Assembly: GCA_017993055.1 (NCBI GenBank)
Contig: JAGONM010000006.1
Span: 868 to 64,867 of the forward strand
Source: Armatimonadota bacterium
GTDB taxonomy: Bacteria > Armatimonadota > UBA5829 > DTJY01
DNA: 64,000 nt
Direction: 5' to 3'
The notes beneath the pieces are model-generated. The model did not search any database, was not told the origin of the DNA, and worked only from the letters and a program-made list of their open reading frames with translations. Shown in pieces: positions 1 to 8,419 of this stretch (positions are counted from its first letter, which is position 1; each line of letters begins with the position of its first letter). Both the position numbers and the translations under genes were made by a program.

Positions 1-1
1 A

Positions 2-598
2 GCGTCAATGACTATCTCGGCGGCGAAGGCCCTGGCGGACGGGACACCGGTCACTCTGGCCGGCAAGACCATTTCCGCTGACTTCATGAACAGCTACTAT
101 ATCCAGGAACTCGACCGGTCTTCCGGAATTCTGGTTATGGGAGCCGGACCGAAGGCCGGATCGCTGGTGACCATCGGCGGTGTCATGGGCGCGAACGCCA
201 TGGGTGAACGCGCCATAATGGAACCGGTCACCTCCATCCTCTCGATTCCGGAGTCCGGCTCTGGGCCGGACGGCGTACTGATGCTGTCCAGGAACGTCGG
301 TGGCGGCGATCTCAACGCCTGGACCTTCGGCGTCACGGGCGGAATCGGGCCGAACAACGTCGGCCTGCTGGTGAAGGTCATCGGCAGGGTGTCTGGTCTC
401 GAGGATTATCAGTTCTTCGTGGAAGACGGGTCGTCTGGAGGGCCGATCAAGGTCATCGCATACGGGGTTGACCTCTCTGGTCTCTCAGCGGGAGACACCG
501 TGATCGTCACGGGTATCTCGTCTCTCGAGTACGACGGTTCGGGTCGCAAGGCGCTGATCCGCGTGGCGAGTGCGAGCGGAGTACAGAAGAAGAACTGA
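2..598 (+). CDS. 3' fragment of a secreted enzyme (gene starts upstream of the window) ending in the shared ~190-aa C-terminal domain
   Basis: The open frame runs from the window edge to the stop at 596-598. The translation aligns along its full length with the C-termini of the 3312..6974 amidase and the 30690..32597 subtilisin (FYIxExDRSxG ... GPNNVGLLV ... GRV ... FxExDGS ... VGDxLxVTGISSxE). Confidence 0.6.
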   Translation, partial: ASMTISAAKALADGTPVTLAGKTISADFMNSYYIQELDRSSGILVMGAGPKAGSLVTIGGVMGANAMGERAIMEPVTSILSIPESGSGPDGVLMLSRNVGGGDLNAWTFGVTGGIGPNNVGLLVKVIGRVSGLEDYQFFVEDGSSGGPIKVIAYGVDLSGLSAGDTVIVTGISSLEYDGSGRKALIRVASASGVQKKN

Positions 599-839
599 GG
601 AATCCGATATCGGTTCGTGGGCTTGGGGCGGGACTCACACTCTCGCCCCAACTTCTGTCTCTCCGTGATGACGGATTTAGCGGTGTGAGACGCCGGCGGA
701 TACTCATGCAGACTCACGGCAGGAACACCGCGTTCCGTGGGCGAACCTGTTGACGTGACAGAGGCCGTCGTGCAGTGGAACCTGCCGTCTGGGGCGGTTC
801 CTGCGTGCGCGGCCTGCATTCCGCACGGGAGGTGCGAGC

Positions 840-1052
840 ATGTTCTATTATGTGCTTCAGGTCTGCAAGGCGCTCATAGTCATAGGGGCGCTCAACTGGG
901 GTCTGGTGGGATTCTTCGGGTTCGATCTGGTGGAGGCGATCTTCGGCAAGAAGAGCGTGCTGTCCCGGGTCGTGTATGCCCTCGTCGGCCTTGCGGCGCT
1001 GGTCCACGTTCTGGCCTACCTAGCATGGAAGCTCAGGTTGTACGGCGCGTGA
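840..1052 (+). CDS. DUF378 family small membrane protein
   Basis: 70 aa with two TM helices and the DUF378 hallmark GALNWGLVGFFGFDLV. Confidence 0.8.
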   Translation: MFYYVLQVCKALIVIGALNWGLVGFFGFDLVEAIFGKKSVLSRVVYALVGLAALVHVLAYLAWKLRLYGA

Positions 1053-1124
1053 CGCGGCCCGGCGCGCCGTTCTTGCCCGGTCGAAACGCGACGGCTCGGC
1101 GCTCCGGCCCGTCAGGCTCTTGTT

Positions 1125-2177
1125 CTACTGCCCGATAGGGGCCAGGTGAACGACGCCGTCCACGATGTATGCTATCCACTTGCCGTCGGGTGACCAGGAC
1201 GGCTGGCCCTCGATTTCGGGGGTGTCGGTCAGCCTCTGCACGACCGTGCCGTCGTCGCTGGCGATCCACAGGTCTGATGATGTGATCTCGTGCCCGTCGT
1301 CCGTCGTCCTCTCGAAAACGATGTAGGCCCCGTCCGGCGACCAGGCCGGGTTGGAGCCGTTGCCGAGTTCTATCACGTTCGTGGTGTCGCTGCTCGCGAT
1401 GTAGAGGTTGCCGCTCAACCCGCTGACCGCATAGTCGCCTCTTCCATCGCCGACGGGGTTGAAATACCCGGGTTCACCTTCTACGTCGAGGAGTTTCCTG
1501 CGGTTGCCGTTCTCGTCCACGACCCAGAGCAGGTTGTCCGGGTCGGTGTACAGGCTTCCCGCGGAGAGCGCGGCATCGGACTTTCGAGGCTGCGAGACCA
1601 GCAGGCCGAGCGCGGTGAACGTGGCCCCGGTGATCCGGCCCATCAGCATCGCTCCGGTGACCGCGGCGGCCTTTGAGAGAGTGCCGTTGCCCCCGGACAG
1701 GCTCCGCGAGCGCAGTACCTTGCCGTCCTTGTCAACGGTGACCAGTTCGTCTCCCGAACGATAGGTGATGCCGTCCTTGTCCCACGTCGGAGGGAGCAGA
1801 TCGTTCAGGGTCGGGGTGATCTCCCGACTCTCCCCGTCGCGCCCGGCGACGTTCAGGCGCATGCCCATTCCCTCCTCGTCCCTCGTGCGGTATGCGATGT
1901 TCCGGCCGTCGGGCGACCAGGCGAACTTCCAGCCTGCGAGAGGCGCGTCGGATATCTGGCGCAGATTGCCGTAGACGTCTGCGATGTACAGCCCGCCGTA
2001 CTTGTCGCCGGCGAGCGCGATGCCCTGTCCGTCCGGAGCCCACTTCGGCGAGGCGTATACTCCCTGCAGGCCGAGCTTCACGCTGTCGCCGAGGGTGAAT
2101 GCCGCTGCCGTGCTCGGCAGGGCGGCCAGAAAGGCGGCCGCCGAGAGCCAAGTCAATCGCCTGCACGCTCTCATCAC
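1125..2177 (-). CDS. TolB-like WD40/PD40 beta-propeller protein, secreted
   Basis: N-terminal signal peptide (LSAAAFLAALPSTAAA). Repeated PD40 motifs (WSPDGKWIAY, AWSPDGAYIVF, WSPDGRNIAY). Confidence 0.7.
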   Translation of the reverse strand: MMRACRRLTWLSAAAFLAALPSTAAAFTLGDSVKLGLQGVYASPKWAPDGQGIALAGDKYGGLYIADVYGNLRQISDAPLAGWKFAWSPDGRNIAYRTRDEEGMGMRLNVAGRDGESREITPTLNDLLPPTWDKDGITYRSGDELVTVDKDGKVLRSRSLSGGNGTLSKAAAVTGAMLMGRITGATFTALGLLVSQPRKSDAALSAGSLYTDPDNLLWVVDENGNRRKLLDVEGEPGYFNPVGDGRGDYAVSGLSGNLYIASSDTTNVIELGNGSNPAWSPDGAYIVFERTTDDGHEITSSDLWIASDDGTVVQRLTDTPEIEGQPSWSPDGKWIAYIVDGVVHLAPIGQ

Positions 2178-3199
2178 TTTTCCTCCTGGAGCGCCGAACC
2201 GGGAAGCTTCGGGTTGTAGACCGATGTCATCGTGAACCTCATGCCGACGTCGTGAGCCAGCAGTTCCTGTTCCTTCTTGAACTGCTCCGCGACTTCGGGA
2301 TGCGTGTCAGCCGGTGCCGCCGCCTCTGAGGCATCAATCCTATTCGCACCCAGGTCCGCGGTTATCTCGACCGTACCGGAAACCCGCGCTATCCTTCCCT
2401 CCTCGTATGCGAAGTGCATGTAGAACTCGCCCCTCTCGGTGCCGGACAGGACTCGAGCATCCACTTCGGCGGTAGCCGCGGCATTCGGCTCTCCCTCCGG
2501 CGAGTTGCCGGGTTTCAGTTTGAACGGCGTCTCGTAGCTCGTTGTGATCTTGGCGCAGTCCGCCGAATCCAGAACCTCGAAGCCTTCGAGCCGGGACGTT
2601 GCCTTTGCCGTGATCGGGTCCTGCCCGGGCAGTTCTATCTTGTACTCGTGTTCCCACGTGTCTCCGGCTTTGAGTTCCTTATCAGGGAAACCGGTCGAAA
2701 TGAGTTGCGTCAGTGTCTTCGACATCTCCTGCTGACCTTGGGAGTCGGCGGACACGGCGAGCTCCTCCAGGCCGCTCAGCTTGCTGACTTTTCCGGCCTT
2801 GTCCATCTCGAATCGCAGGGACGGTATCGTGAGTGTGATCTCGCCGAAGTCGGGCAGGGTGAGCGCTCCCCTTATCATGTGCCATTCCATCGTCCATGGG
2901 CCGCCCTCCGGTGACTCGGTCTTGGCGCGCTGGAGGAACGTGAGTTCGCTCCTGGTCTCGAGTTTGGACTTCTCGGTCTGGCCCGCGAGGCGGAAGGAAC
3001 CCTTGCCGATGATGGTCATGTCGTACCGTTGGTACTCACCGGGTTTGAACTTGTACTCGAGTCGCAGGCTCTCGGGAGGTGATGCTACTGCTCCGCCTTC
3101 GTCCGCCGAAGTCTGGGCGTCAACCGCCAGCGCTGCGGACGAGAGGAGCAGGAAGGCTGAGACCACTGTAAGAGAACGGCGGATGCTTGGCATGATCAC
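2174..3199 (-). CDS. hypothetical secreted protein
   Basis: Signal peptide MIMPSIRRSLTVVSAFLLLSSAALA. A 4-nt ATGA overlap with the downstream TolB-like gene indicates an operon. No recognisable domain. Confidence 0.5.
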   Translation of the reverse strand: MIMPSIRRSLTVVSAFLLLSSAALAVDAQTSADEGGAVASPPESLRLEYKFKPGEYQRYDMTIIGKGSFRLAGQTEKSKLETRSELTFLQRAKTESPEGGPWTMEWHMIRGALTLPDFGEITLTIPSLRFEMDKAGKVSKLSGLEELAVSADSQGQQEMSKTLTQLISTGFPDKELKAGDTWEHEYKIELPGQDPITAKATSRLEGFEVLDSADCAKITTSYETPFKLKPGNSPEGEPNAAATAEVDARVLSGTERGEFYMHFAYEEGRIARVSGTVEITADLGANRIDASEAAAPADTHPEVAEQFKKEQELLAHDVGMRFTMTSVYNPKLPGSALQEEK

Positions 3200-3311
3200 T
3201 CCTGTGCACGTTCCTCTCCGGAGCGCGCGAGACGGGTTGTGCTGGAACGGGTATGGATTGGAGAGGGATACCCGAGTGCCCCGTGCCGTGGGGTATCCCT
3301 CTCGGCGAACT

Positions 3312-6300
3312 CTACTGATACGTTACGACGTCCGAATCGCGTCGCGGTCGAAGCAGCCTGATAAGGTCGGCTCCCGCGGTTTCGACGCTGCTCACGCCGG
3401 TGATCCTGACGTACTGGTTGACTGCCGGCGGAGATGCCAGCGTTGTCGTATCTACTTTCACCCCGATGAAGCCGGACCCGTCGTCGAGGTTGGATCCGTC
3501 GTCAATGTAGCAGAATCCGGGCTCCGAGTGCGTGACGCGTCCTGCGGTGGAGACCAGAAGCCCGACGTTGTTCGGGCCCTGCGCGCCGGCGAGTCCGGGC
3601 GTATAGGTGTTGAGCGATCCGCCTCCGAGATAGCGGTTGCCGAGGAGGATCGAGGCGGGAACTCCCGCCGCGCCGCCGGAGTAGATTGACGCGTCCTGCA
3701 TGGTCCGCTCGCCCCCGACGGTCGCCATTGTTCCCGCGACGGTCAGCGCGTATCCTTCGCCCGGGCCGACGCCTTCCACCCGCATTCCGGATGATCTGTC
3801 GCTCTCCTCGATGTAGAACTCACCCGAGAAGTCGGCTGCGGCCACACCCGTGAGTATGGCGAGAAGCGTACCGTCGGGGAAGCCCTTGGCCTCCGCTATA
3901 TTCGCAACGGCCTGCACGACCTGAATGCCGTCGGACATGCCGATGGCCCCCTGAAGCCCGAGACCGTTCTCTGCCTTGACGGAGAAGTAATACGTCTGTC
4001 CAACGCTCAGGGAGAGGCCGTTCTCCTCGGCCGACTGCGACGCGGCCTGCGTCCAGCCGAGCACATCCGTCGCGCCCGGGTTCGTGCCGATCGCATACCA
4101 ATACTTAGTGATCCCGGACTCCGAGTCGTCCGCTCCCCACCATGAAGCCCCGAGCCGGGTCTTGGAGGCGCTGTACTTCCCTTCGTCCAGTACGACCGGT
4201 GCAGTCGGCGGTGTAATGTCATACTGATACGGGCCGAGATCAGCCGTCCCGTTCGGCACGCCGTCGGCGTTCAATCCCTGGAGGTGAAGGTACCAGCTTC
4301 CTCCTGAAGTGGCGGCCAATGGAAGGTCGCCGCTCGACCAGACGGACTCCGAGCCGGTGAAGGAATGCGTGCCGCTTTGGTTCCACGCGTAGCGGTACGA
4401 GTCCACGCGGCCGTCGCCGAACCCGCCCACCGCGGCAAACGCGAAGTCGGGTGTTCCGTACCAGGTGGAGACCGACCGGTTGCAGGCGACGTTCGATGAA
4501 CTCGGCGGCACCGAGAGCGTCCACCTGGTCGCCGCGGCCGAAGACAGGCTGTTCAGCGTGCCGTTGTACGCCTTCGCGTAACGGGTGTAGGCCGTGTTCG
4601 GCGCGAGGCCGGACTCGTCAAGGCTGAAGACCGTGCCTGTCCCGTTCTGAACGTTAGCCGTCCCCTTCACGGTCTGGCCTGCGTCGAGCAGCCTGAACCC
4701 CATCTCCCTGTTGGAGGTGTCGGTAAGGGTCCAGCGGATGCTGCTCGTGGAGAGGGCGACCGGCGCGCCCATGGTGGGAGGGGTCGGCGCCGTCGCGTAC
4801 ATCGCGCAGTCGTCGAACCATGCGGTCTGGTTCACCCGATAGTGAAACCCGTAGGCTACCATACTCATCCCGAAAGTCTGGGTGTCGATGGTTCTCTCCG
4901 CCGTGCACACAAGCGAGTCATCAATGTAGAACGCCACCTCGTTTCCGGACCCGGTGTATGGCTGGACGTCTATCGTCAGCTTGTGCCATCCGACGGCCCG
5001 AGCCCTGGCCGCCGCTCCCGGCCAGTACCATCCGGTGCACCCCGCACCGCACACCTTGTAGTACCCGCCGCTGTAGGTGCTGAACGATCCCGGCGCCACG
5101 GAGTAAGTGCCGAGATAGTATATCGCCTTGACCGCGCCGGATCCGTCGAGGCACCTGACCTGGAGTCCCTGCCGGCTGCTGTCGTACGACGCAGGGTCGT
5201 AGAACCAGCTCTCGAACTTCGCCGCCGCGAAAGCGGGCGTGAAGGTATGGCCGAGCAGACATCCCAGAGTCGAGATGCCGGAGTCAACAGTTCTGATCGA
5301 CCCGCTTCCGGCAAACGTTCCGTGGTTCACCCCGCCGTCCCAGACCGGTGGATTCGGGGAGGTCATGGGACTTTGTACGATGGCTTGCCAGAGGTTGCCG
5401 TCTATGGAGCCGAAGCCGTCCTGGAAAATCGGCACCGTGCTGGGATGCGTGCCTCCCGTCGCCGTGTTCGAGGCCCCTGACACGTTGCCGGCGACGTCGT
5501 ATGCCTTCACGAAGTAGCTGTAACTCGTGTTCTGGGTCAGCCCGTTGTCCTGGTAAATCGTCGAGGACGTCCTGCCGACCTCGGCGCTGTTGCGGTAGAC
5601 TATGTAGCCCGCCAGCCCCGAGCCGCCGGTGTCGGTAGATGCGCTCCACGACAGGTTGATCTGTGACGGGGACGCGCCGACCGCGGTCAGCCCCGACGGG
5701 TTTGTCGGCGCGGTGGTATCCGTCGGGGTAAGGCTGAAGTCCTTGGTCGTCGTCTGGCCCGCAGTTACCGCAGCCGTCCCGGAGGCGGAAGCGAAGCCGG
5801 CTTTCGAGACCGTAAGCGTGTAGGTCGCGGCGTCGAGGTTGCTGAATGTATATACCCCGGAACTGTTGGTTGTGGTGGATGCCCCGCCGCTGACGGAGAC
5901 GTCGGCTCCCGAGATGACTTGGCCGTTGGCCGCGTTACGCACCGTGCCGGTGATAGTCCCCTTTGCCGGGGTAACGGTGATCTGGAAATAGACGCCGCCG
6001 TATCCGAACCATGCGGTGCCTTCCTTAACGAGCCGCCAGTACTCGGTGTAGACGCCCGGGGTCTGCGGCGCCGTCATGATGAAGCTGAAGCGTCCTATTC
6101 CGTTCGGCCCCACGGAGCTCTGGTCGAGGCTGGTCGGTCGGTTCGGTCCTATCCAGTTGCCGGCGGTGTAGAACGGGCTGCTCCTGTCCTGCGGGTTCCA
6201 GGTCCCGAGCCGCACCGGGTTGCTTCCGCCGGTGTACCATGTCTCCGTGCCGGTGTTCTTGTACTCCACCCAGACGATGGCGGTGCTGCCGGCCATCATC

Positions 6301-6974
6301 GTCGCCTGGTACGACTGGTTGTTGTAGGACGAATCGAGTGCCACGCCGCCCACGTCGTAGACCGGCTGCCCGTAGTGGGCCTGCATCGCGTGCAGGTAGG
6401 CTCTCGCGGCCTCATGCCGATAGGCGGGGTTGCCGAGCTTTGAGGCGTCGGTCGGATTGCTGATGAATGCCACCTCGGCGAGTATCGCCGCCATGTTCGT
6501 GTACGAGAGAACGTAGAAGGTAGCCGTCTTGTTCCCGCGGTTGTAAGTGCCCATGTGCGACACCAACTCGGCGTTCGTCCTGTTCCTGAGGTCGTACGCC
6601 GTCGAGCTGTCGTCTGGGTGGCAGAAGGTCTCGGTCCCGTTCGCCGAGGGGTCGCTGAAGGAGTTGCAGTGCGTGCAGAGGAACCTGTGCGCGCCGAAGT
6701 TATTCGCGATGTCGCATCGGCCCTGCAGCGACACGTAGGTGTCCGTCGTTCTGGTCATCACGACGGTTGCGGCATCGAGCTGGAACATATCCCTGGTTCG
6801 AAGGCCTATGTCCAGGTTGATGTCGGATTCCCTGAGTCCGTTGCCGACCGCGCCGGGGTCCGACCCGCCGTGCCCCGGGTCTATGCATATCTTTGCCCCG
6901 GAAAGCGTGGCTGATAGCGGCAGGCAGCACGTTGCGCAGAGCAACAGGCTGACAAGCAGAGTGGTCATTCTCAT
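3312..6974 (-). CDS. multidomain secreted N-acetylmuramoyl-L-alanine amidase (Amidase_3 catalytic domain, Ig-like domain, carboxypeptidase-regulatory-like domain, FN3, shared C-terminal domain)
   Basis: The N-terminus has a signal peptide then KICIDPGHGGSDPGAVGNGL...CDIANNFGAHRFLCTHCNSF, the Amidase_3/AmiC signature. There is a CarboxypepD_reg-like segment (GTITGTVRNAANGQVISGADVSV...YTLTVSKAGF) and an FN3 (PSGLTAVGASPSQINLSWSASTD...GYIVYRN). The last ~190 aa match the shared CTD. Confidence 0.85.
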   Translation of the reverse strand: MRMTTLLVSLLLCATCCLPLSATLSGAKICIDPGHGGSDPGAVGNGLRESDINLDIGLRTRDMFQLDAATVVMTRTTDTYVSLQGRCDIANNFGAHRFLCTHCNSFSDPSANGTETFCHPDDSSTAYDLRNRTNAELVSHMGTYNRGNKTATFYVLSYTNMAAILAEVAFISNPTDASKLGNPAYRHEAARAYLHAMQAHYGQPVYDVGGVALDSSYNNQSYQATMMAGSTAIVWVEYKNTGTETWYTGGSNPVRLGTWNPQDRSSPFYTAGNWIGPNRPTSLDQSSVGPNGIGRFSFIMTAPQTPGVYTEYWRLVKEGTAWFGYGGVYFQITVTPAKGTITGTVRNAANGQVISGADVSVSGGASTTTNSSGVYTFSNLDAATYTLTVSKAGFASASGTAAVTAGQTTTKDFSLTPTDTTAPTNPSGLTAVGASPSQINLSWSASTDTGGSGLAGYIVYRNSAEVGRTSSTIYQDNGLTQNTSYSYFVKAYDVAGNVSGASNTATGGTHPSTVPIFQDGFGSIDGNLWQAIVQSPMTSPNPPVWDGGVNHGTFAGSGSIRTVDSGISTLGCLLGHTFTPAFAAAKFESWFYDPASYDSSRQGLQVRCLDGSGAVKAIYYLGTYSVAPGSFSTYSGGYYKVCGAGCTGWYWPGAAARARAVGWHKLTIDVQPYTGSGNEVAFYIDDSLVCTAERTIDTQTFGMSMVAYGFHYRVNQTAWFDDCAMYATAPTPPTMGAPVALSTSSIRWTLTDTSNREMGFRLLDAGQTVKGTANVQNGTGTVFSLDESGLAPNTAYTRYAKAYNGTLNSLSSAAATRWTLSVPPSSSNVACNRSVSTWYGTPDFAFAAVGGFGDGRVDSYRYAWNQSGTHSFTGSESVWSSGDLPLAATSGGSWYLHLQGLNADGVPNGTADLGPYQYDITPPTAPVVLDEGKYSASKTRLGASWWGADDSESGITKYWYAIGTNPGATDVLGWTQAASQSAEENGLSLSVGQTYYFSVKAENGLGLQGAIGMSDGIQVVQAVANIAEAKGFPDGTLLAILTGVAAADFSGEFYIEESDRSSGMRVEGVGPGEGYALTVAGTMATVGGERTMQDASIYSGGAAGVPASILLGNRYLGGGSLNTYTPGLAGAQGPNNVGLLVSTAGRVTHSEPGFCYIDDGSNLDDGSGFIGVKVDTTTLASPPAVNQYVRITGVSSVETAGADLIRLLRPRRDSDVVTYQ

Positions 6975-7221
6975 GTTTCAGCACCTCTCTAGATAACTTG
7001 CGTAGCGATCACGGGGTCTCGCCGACGCGTCACGGAACTTGGGGATTCGTTCGCAGCCCCTGGCGCGGAGCGGCGGCGCGGGGATGACCTGAGCGCCACT
7101 ACTCCACTCTAGCCGTCATGGCACACATTTCCACCCGGACAGCCCAGAACAGGCAACAATACCGGGTTTCGCGTCCTCCGGCGTCCGCCGGAACCTCTCT
7201 CCAGGGGCTCGGGCGGACGGT

Positions 7222-7246
7222 CCGGGGAGGCTCCGAGCCTCCCCGG
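7222..7246 (-). terminator. GC-rich hairpin (10-bp stem CCGGGGAGGC/GCCTCCCCGG, 5-nt loop) downstream of the 7264..8289 amidase
   Basis: Lies 18 nt after the stop codon. No U-tract, which is common in high-GC genomes. Confidence 0.35.
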
Positions 7247-7263
7247 ACGACGATCGCGAGATG

Positions 7264-8289
7264 TCAGTTCTTGTGCCACTTGACCGCGTCGGCGACCACG
7301 ACGTATCCGCTTCCTGTCCAGCAGGAGAGCTTCGTCGGGTAGCCGGTCCCGGTCCCGAGGTTGAACGCGCCGAGGCTGTTCCACTTCCCGCCGTTCACCT
7401 GCTGGTTGACCGAGACGGTAGTCGTTCCGCCGGTGTTGGTCACCAGGTAAGGCGCGGACGGCGAGCGGTTCGTCCCCTGCGGCCACCATGCGTAGACCGT
7501 CCAGGAGCCCGACGCTGTGATGTTCGGCGTGAACGACGCTGCGTCGGAGACGGCCGCGGTGCTGCGGAACCTGTAACTCGTACCGTACTTGTCGGTCGAG
7601 GAGGTGCCGGTCGACCAGTTGGCGCTGCACGAGAACGACCCGCTGGTGTTGTCAATGATGATGTCAGCAACCGTGGCCGGGTCGTGCGGGGTCTCGCCGT
7701 AGTGGCTCTGAGTGCCGTGAAGGTAGGCGCGTGCAGCCTCCTGACGGTAGCTGGCGTTGCCCAGTTTCGCTGCGTCCCCGGCATTGTCTATGAATGCCAC
7801 CTCTCCCAGGATCGCCGGCGCGACGGTGTTGACCAGCACGTAGAAGTTGGCGGTCTTGACGCCGCGGTTGTAGGTCCCCATGTGCGAGACGATCTCGGGA
7901 TTGACCCTGTTTCGCAGATCCGCTGCAGTCCCGGACGACGAGTACGAGAACGTCTCCGTGCCGTAGCCGCCGCCCGCGTTGCAGTGGGTGCATATGAATC
8001 TGTTAGCGCCGAAGTTGTTCGAAATGTCGCAGCGTCCCTGGAGCGAGACGTACACGTCGGTCGAACGGGTCCTCTTCGTGCTGGCGCCGTCCAGAACGAA
8101 GAGGCTGTTCATTCTGTTGCCGATGTCGAGGTTGATCGTCTTCTCCTGAAGGCCGTTGCCAACCGCGCCCGGATCGGACCCGCCGTGGCCCGGGTCGATG
8201 CAGATCTTCTGCCCCGCCACCCCGCCGAAGGCGAAGCCGGCGGACAGAACAAACGCCGTCATCAGAGCGATTGTGAGTACCTTCTTCAT
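7264..8289 (-). CDS. secreted N-acetylmuramoyl-L-alanine amidase (Amidase_3) with a C-terminal DIIIDN-type domain
   Basis: Signal peptide MKKVLTIALMTAFVLSAGFAFG. Catalytic core near-identical to the 3312..6974 paralog (KICIDPGHGGSDPGAVGNGL, CDISNNFGANRFICTHCNAG). A GGAGG RBS lies upstream. The C-terminal ~130 aa (TVADIIIDNTSGSFS...WPQGTNRS...) is shared with the GHL10 gene. Confidence 0.85.
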   Translation of the reverse strand: MKKVLTIALMTAFVLSAGFAFGGVAGQKICIDPGHGGSDPGAVGNGLQEKTINLDIGNRMNSLFVLDGASTKRTRSTDVYVSLQGRCDISNNFGANRFICTHCNAGGGYGTETFSYSSSGTAADLRNRVNPEIVSHMGTYNRGVKTANFYVLVNTVAPAILGEVAFIDNAGDAAKLGNASYRQEAARAYLHGTQSHYGETPHDPATVADIIIDNTSGSFSCSANWSTGTSSTDKYGTSYRFRSTAAVSDAASFTPNITASGSWTVYAWWPQGTNRSPSAPYLVTNTGGTTTVSVNQQVNGGKWNSLGAFNLGTGTGYPTKLSCWTGSGYVVVADAVKWHKN

Positions 8290-8386
8290 CTGTTGAATCC
8301 TCCTTTTCGCTTACCCAGCAAACCAAGCAGATATGCACTCCTACTTGCCAGTTCTCCTTCGCACCACCTCCCTGTAGTGTCGGAAT

Positions 8387-8406
8387 CGGCGTCGAAACGG
8401 ACGCCG
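8387..8406 (-). terminator. hairpin (7-bp stem CGGCGTC/GACGCCG) just downstream of the GHL10 stop
   Basis: 14 nt after the stop at 8420. No U-tract. Confidence 0.3.
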
Positions 8407-8419
8407 ACGGTCCCTGTCG

